Shown here: positions 60,900-64,000 of the stretch, piece by piece | How the letters are laid out: each line of letters begins with the position of its first letter | Position numbering within the stretch: the stretch's first letter is position 1 | DNA from: Candidatus Zixiibacteriota bacterium | GTDB lineage: Bacteria > Zixibacteria > MSB-5A5 > DG-27 | Length of the DNA stretch: 64,000 nucleotides | Assembly: GCA_030605835.1 (NCBI GenBank) | Contig: JAUWHO010000001.1 | Coordinates: 29,966 to 93,965 of the forward strand | Direction: 5' to 3' | Notes under the pieces: generated by a model | The model's database searches: none | Seen by the model: only the letters and a program-made list of their open reading frames with translations | Told to the model about the DNA's origin: nothing | Program-made: the position numbers and the translations under genes

Positions 60900-61442
60900 C
60901 TATTTCTCCCGAAACGGCATTCCCAACTCCTTTAAAAGCTCGTAAGCCTCGCGGTCGGTCTGGGCGGTAGTAACAATAGTGACGTTCATCCCCCGGATTT
61001 TCTGAACCTTGTCGTACTCGATCTCCGGAAATATGATTTGCTCCTCCAAACCCAGGGTGTAGTTCCCTCGTCCGTCGAAAGACTTCTTGGGCAAGCCGCG
61101 AAAGTCCCTGATTCTGGGAATGGCGACGTTCACCAGCCGGTCGAAGAACTCATACATCCTCCGGCCTCTTAAGGTGACGCTGGCACCGATGGCCATCCCA
61201 GCTCGAAGCTTGAAATTGGAGATCGACTTTCTGGCCCGACGGAGGACCGCCCGCTGACCGGTTATGATGCCGAGCTCCTCCGCCCCCACCTCTAAGAGCT
61301 TGGGATTGGAGATGGCGTCGCCAACCCCGATGTTAACGACAACCCTTTCAAGCTTGGGCACCTGCATTATGTTCTCATAACCCAGGCGCTTTTGCAGCTC
61401 CCCCCTCACCCGCTCAAGGTATTTCTGTTTGAGCCGACTCAT
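60900..61442 (-). CDS. rplE: 50S ribosomal protein L5
   Basis: ATG 61442; [15 protein letters not shown]. Confidence 0.97.
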   Translation of the reverse strand: MSRLKQKYLERVRGELQKRLGYENIMQVPKLERVVVNIGVGDAISNPKLLEVGAEELGIITGQRAVLRRARKSISNFKLRAGMAIGASVTLRGRRMYEFFDRLVNVAIPRIRDFRGLPKKSFDGRGNYTLGLEEQIIFPEIEYDKVQKIRGMNVTIVTTAQTDREAYELLKELGMPFREK

Positions 61443-61447
61443 AACAG

Positions 61448-61765
61448 TTACAGGATCTCCCCACACTTTTTGCAGATTCGCACCTTGGTGCCGTCCTCTA
61501 AGACACGATAGCCGACCCGGGTAGCGGAGGAGCACTTGTTGCAGTAAAGCATCACATTGGAAATATGGACGGTCCCCTCCTTCTCGATGACCCCCCCCTT
61601 GGGGTTGCGTCTGGTGGGACGCGAATGACGCTTCACCATATTTATCCCCTCCACCAGAATGCGTCTCTCCTCCGGAAAAACCTTAAGCACCCTGGCGATG
61701 TTGCTCTTCTGGGTGCGCCCCTTGCCGGCAATCACCATCACGGTGTCGTTCTTCTTTATCCTCAT
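61448..61765 (-). CDS. rplX: 50S ribosomal protein L24
   Basis: IKKNDTV.VIAGK, VEGIN..KRH, HISNV. Confidence 0.97.
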   Translation of the reverse strand: MRIKKNDTVMVIAGKGRTQKSNIARVLKVFPEERRILVEGINMVKRHSRPTRRNPKGGVIEKEGTVHISNVMLYCNKCSSATRVGYRVLEDGTKVRICKKCGEIL

Positions 61766-61779
61766 TACCGCTTAAAACC

Positions 61780-62148
61780 TCATAAGACCTCGGGGGCCAG
61801 GGAGACTATCTTCATGAACTGTTTCTCCCGAAGTTCCCGGGCCACCGGCCCGAAGATGCGGGTGCCGCGGGGTTCTCCCTGCTCATTTATCAGGACCGCG
61901 GCGTTGTCCGAGAAACGGATGTAAGTGCCGTCACGTCTCTTGGTCTCCTTGGTGGTGCGCACCACCACCGCCTTGGAGATGTCGCTCTTCTTGACGGTTC
62001 CACCGGGGATGGCAGCCTTCACGGTGACGACGATGATGTCTCCGACCCGGGCATATCTCCTCTTGGAACCTCCCAGAACTCGGAAGCACATTACCTTCTT
62101 GGCTCCGGAGTTGTCGGCAACGTTCAGTCTGGTTTGCTCCTGAATCAT
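61780..62148 (-). CDS. rplN: 50S ribosomal protein L14
   Basis: [20 protein letters not shown]. Confidence 0.98.
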   Translation of the reverse strand: MIQEQTRLNVADNSGAKKVMCFRVLGGSKRRYARVGDIIVVTVKAAIPGGTVKKSDISKAVVVRTTKETKRRDGTYIRFSDNAAVLINEQGEPRGTRIFGPVARELREKQFMKIVSLAPEVL

Positions 62149-62149
62149 C

Positions 62150-62431
62150 TTATCTCGCCTTCTCCAGGACTTCGACCAGACGCCACCTTTTGTTTCTGGA
62201 AAGCGGACGGGTCTCCATGACCTTCACCAAATCCCCGACCATAGAGCGGTTTTCCTCATCGTGGGCAAACAGCTTCGTGGTGCGGGTAATCACCTTCTTG
62301 TAAATGGGGTGGGCCATCCGACGTTCGATTGCCACCACCACGGTCTTGTCCATCTTGTTGGAGACCACCCGGCCGACCCGCTCTTTCCTTCTGCCCCGCT
62401 TAAGGGTCTTTCTCTCCTCCATCTTCAACAC
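62150..62431 (-). CDS. rpsQ: 30S ribosomal protein S17
   Basis: [19 protein letters not shown]. Confidence 0.97.
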   Translation of the reverse strand: MLKMEERKTLKRGRRKERVGRVVSNKMDKTVVVAIERRMAHPIYKKVITRTTKLFAHDEENRSMVGDLVKVMETRPLSRNKRWRLVEVLEKAR

Positions 62432-62437
62432 ACCACT

Positions 62438-62659
62438 CTATTTTTCAGAATTTGCCGCTATTTCCCTGATTCCCCGCTCACCCTCCTTGAGGATGGTGTT
62501 GAGCCGGGCCAGTTCCCGGCGCAAGGTCCTGACCTTGAGAGGGTTATCCAGATACTGAGTCGATCGCCTCAAGCGGAGATTGAAGAGCTCCTCCTCTAAG
62601 TCTCTCTTTCTTTGAAGAATCTCCTCGGTGGTCAGATCTCGAATCTGCCGCGGTTTCAT
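62438..62659 (-). CDS. rpmC: 50S ribosomal protein L29
   Basis: ELFNLRL..RRELAR..T; position in operon. Confidence 0.95.
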   Translation of the reverse strand: MKPRQIRDLTTEEILQRKRDLEEELFNLRLRRSTQYLDNPLKVRTLRRELARLNTILKEGERGIREIAANSEK

Positions 62660-62662
62660 TTA

Positions 62663-63085
62663 CTAGTCTCCGAACTGCTCGCTTCTGGTTACGATCTTGG
62701 TTCTGATCGGGAGCTTGGCCGCCGCCAAACTCATCGCCTCCCGGGCCAGCTGTTCTGAGACCCCCTCTAGCTCGAACAGCACCCGTCCAGGTTTGACCAC
62801 CGCCACCCAGGATTCCGGCGCCCCCTTACCCTTACCCATACGGGTCTCGGCGGGCTTTTTGGTCACCGGCTTGTCGGGGAAGATGCGGATCCAAACCTTC
62901 CCCCCACGTTTGATGTGACGGGTCAGAGCTACCCGGGCCGCCTCTATCTGGCGATTGGTGATCCAGGCCGCCTGAAGGGCCCTCAGCCCATACTCACCGA
63001 AGCTCACCCGGGAGCCCCGGTAGGCTTTGCCGCGCATCTTCCGACGCTGCTGCTTTCTGAACTTCACCCTCTTGGGCATTAGCAT
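62663..63085 (-). CDS. rplP: 50S ribosomal protein L16
   Basis: [20 protein letters not shown]. Confidence 0.98.
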   Translation of the reverse strand: MLMPKRVKFRKQQRRKMRGKAYRGSRVSFGEYGLRALQAAWITNRQIEAARVALTRHIKRGGKVWIRIFPDKPVTKKPAETRMGKGKGAPESWVAVVKPGRVLFELEGVSEQLAREAMSLAAAKLPIRTKIVTRSEQFGD

Positions 63086-63101
63086 TTTAGCCGACCTCCG
63101 C

Positions 63102-63968
63102 TCACTTCGACCCACCCTCCTTCACTGTTCCGCCTCCCCCGGGGCTGCGGCCGGGAGCCTCTCTCTTGGCTGCCCCTTTGGCTTCCGCGGAGGCCCCAGG
63201 TCTTTTCCTGCGAATGCGACCGCGTCGCCTCCGCTTGGGAGCCTCCTTAGGTCTGGCCCTGTCTGCCTCCCTCCTTCTGCTCACCAGGGAATCCTCGGGG
63301 AGGGGCTCGAATTTCTTATCGATCGCCTCTAAGTATTCTGGAGTGCCCAGGACCTCTCCCTTGCAAATCCAGACCTTCACTCCGATGGTACCATAAGTGG
63401 TATTGGCGGTGGCGGTGGAGTAATCTATGTCCGCTCTGAGAGTGTGAAGGGGAACTCTCCCCTCGTGATACTTCTCTTTCCGGGCGATTTCAGCCCCCCC
63501 CAGCCGTCCCCCGCAAATCACCTTGATTCCCTCGGCGCCTAATTTCATCGCCGCCGAGACCGCCCTTTTCATGGCTCGCCGGAAGGAAACTCTCCCCTCC
63601 AGTTGTTTGGCGATGCTCTCCGCGACCAGCTTGGCGGACAGCTCCGGCTTTTTCACCTCGATAATGTTCAAGACAACCTCTTTGCCGGTGAGCATCTGTA
63701 GCTCCCCCTTGAGTTTGTCGACCTCCACACCCTTACGACCGATGACAATTCCCGGCCTGGCGGTGTGGATGTCGATAGTGACCCTTCGGGGCGCCCGGAG
63801 ACTCTCGATGTTGGCAATCCCGGCATGCTCCAGACGCTTCTCGGTGTAACGACGCAGAAGAAGGTCTTCGTTCAACAGCTCCGCGAAGCCAGAGTCCGTA
63901 AACCACTTCGAACGCCAGCTTTTGATAATCCCCAACCTCAGGCCGTATGGATGGGTCTTTTGTCCCAA
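63102..63968 (-). CDS. rpsC: 30S ribosomal protein S3 with basic C-terminal extension
   Basis: [35 protein letters not shown]. Confidence 0.98.
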   Translation of the reverse strand: MGQKTHPYGLRLGIIKSWRSKWFTDSGFAELLNEDLLLRRYTEKRLEHAGIANIESLRAPRRVTIDIHTARPGIVIGRKGVEVDKLKGELQMLTGKEVVLNIIEVKKPELSAKLVAESIAKQLEGRVSFRRAMKRAVSAAMKLGAEGIKVICGGRLGGAEIARKEKYHEGRVPLHTLRADIDYSTATANTTYGTIGVKVWICKGEVLGTPEYLEAIDKKFEPLPEDSLVSRRREADRARPKEAPKRRRRGRIRRKRPGASAEAKGAAKREAPGRSPGGGGTVKEGGSK

Positions 63969-64000
63969 ACAGTCCTCCTCCTCGACTACGTTTTCCGCCT

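Noticed and set aside
63969..64000. 3' end of rplV
   Set aside because: Expected from synteny, but too few bases to fix the frame.

Overview
Bacterial chromosomal window, moderately GC-rich. It is probably from an FCB-affiliated candidate lineage such as a Zixibacteria-like organism; this is inferred from many secreted proteins with 'YPNPFN' C-terminal sorting domains and from gene content. The left 28 kb mixes core genes (rdgB end, ClC, mazG, valS, priA) with a plastic family of secreted CTD proteins, gene fragments and a tRNA-Asn-like gene whose acceptor stem does not pair. It also holds a small TA module and an AT-rich integron cassette array with two canonical attC sites, no integrase and three TIR-domain genes. 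The middle holds an ECF sigma/anti-sigma/Spy cluster, mreB, yhaM, thi4, bioF-like, exosortase/epsI, nifU/mrp, HEAT-cyclophilin, a four-helix-bundle gene, a Phd/RelE pair, PBP1A and deoB-cdd-pdp. The right 12 kb is the S10-spc-alpha ribosomal cluster (rpsC to rplQ, minus strand). Most notable are: (i) a family of sense-oriented 7-mer tandem-repeat elements, one bracketing the four-helix-bundle gene and three gene-less copies at junctions between co-directional genes; (ii) the TIR-only integron cassettes; (iii) inserts bracketed by diverged duplicates of host gene 3' ends.
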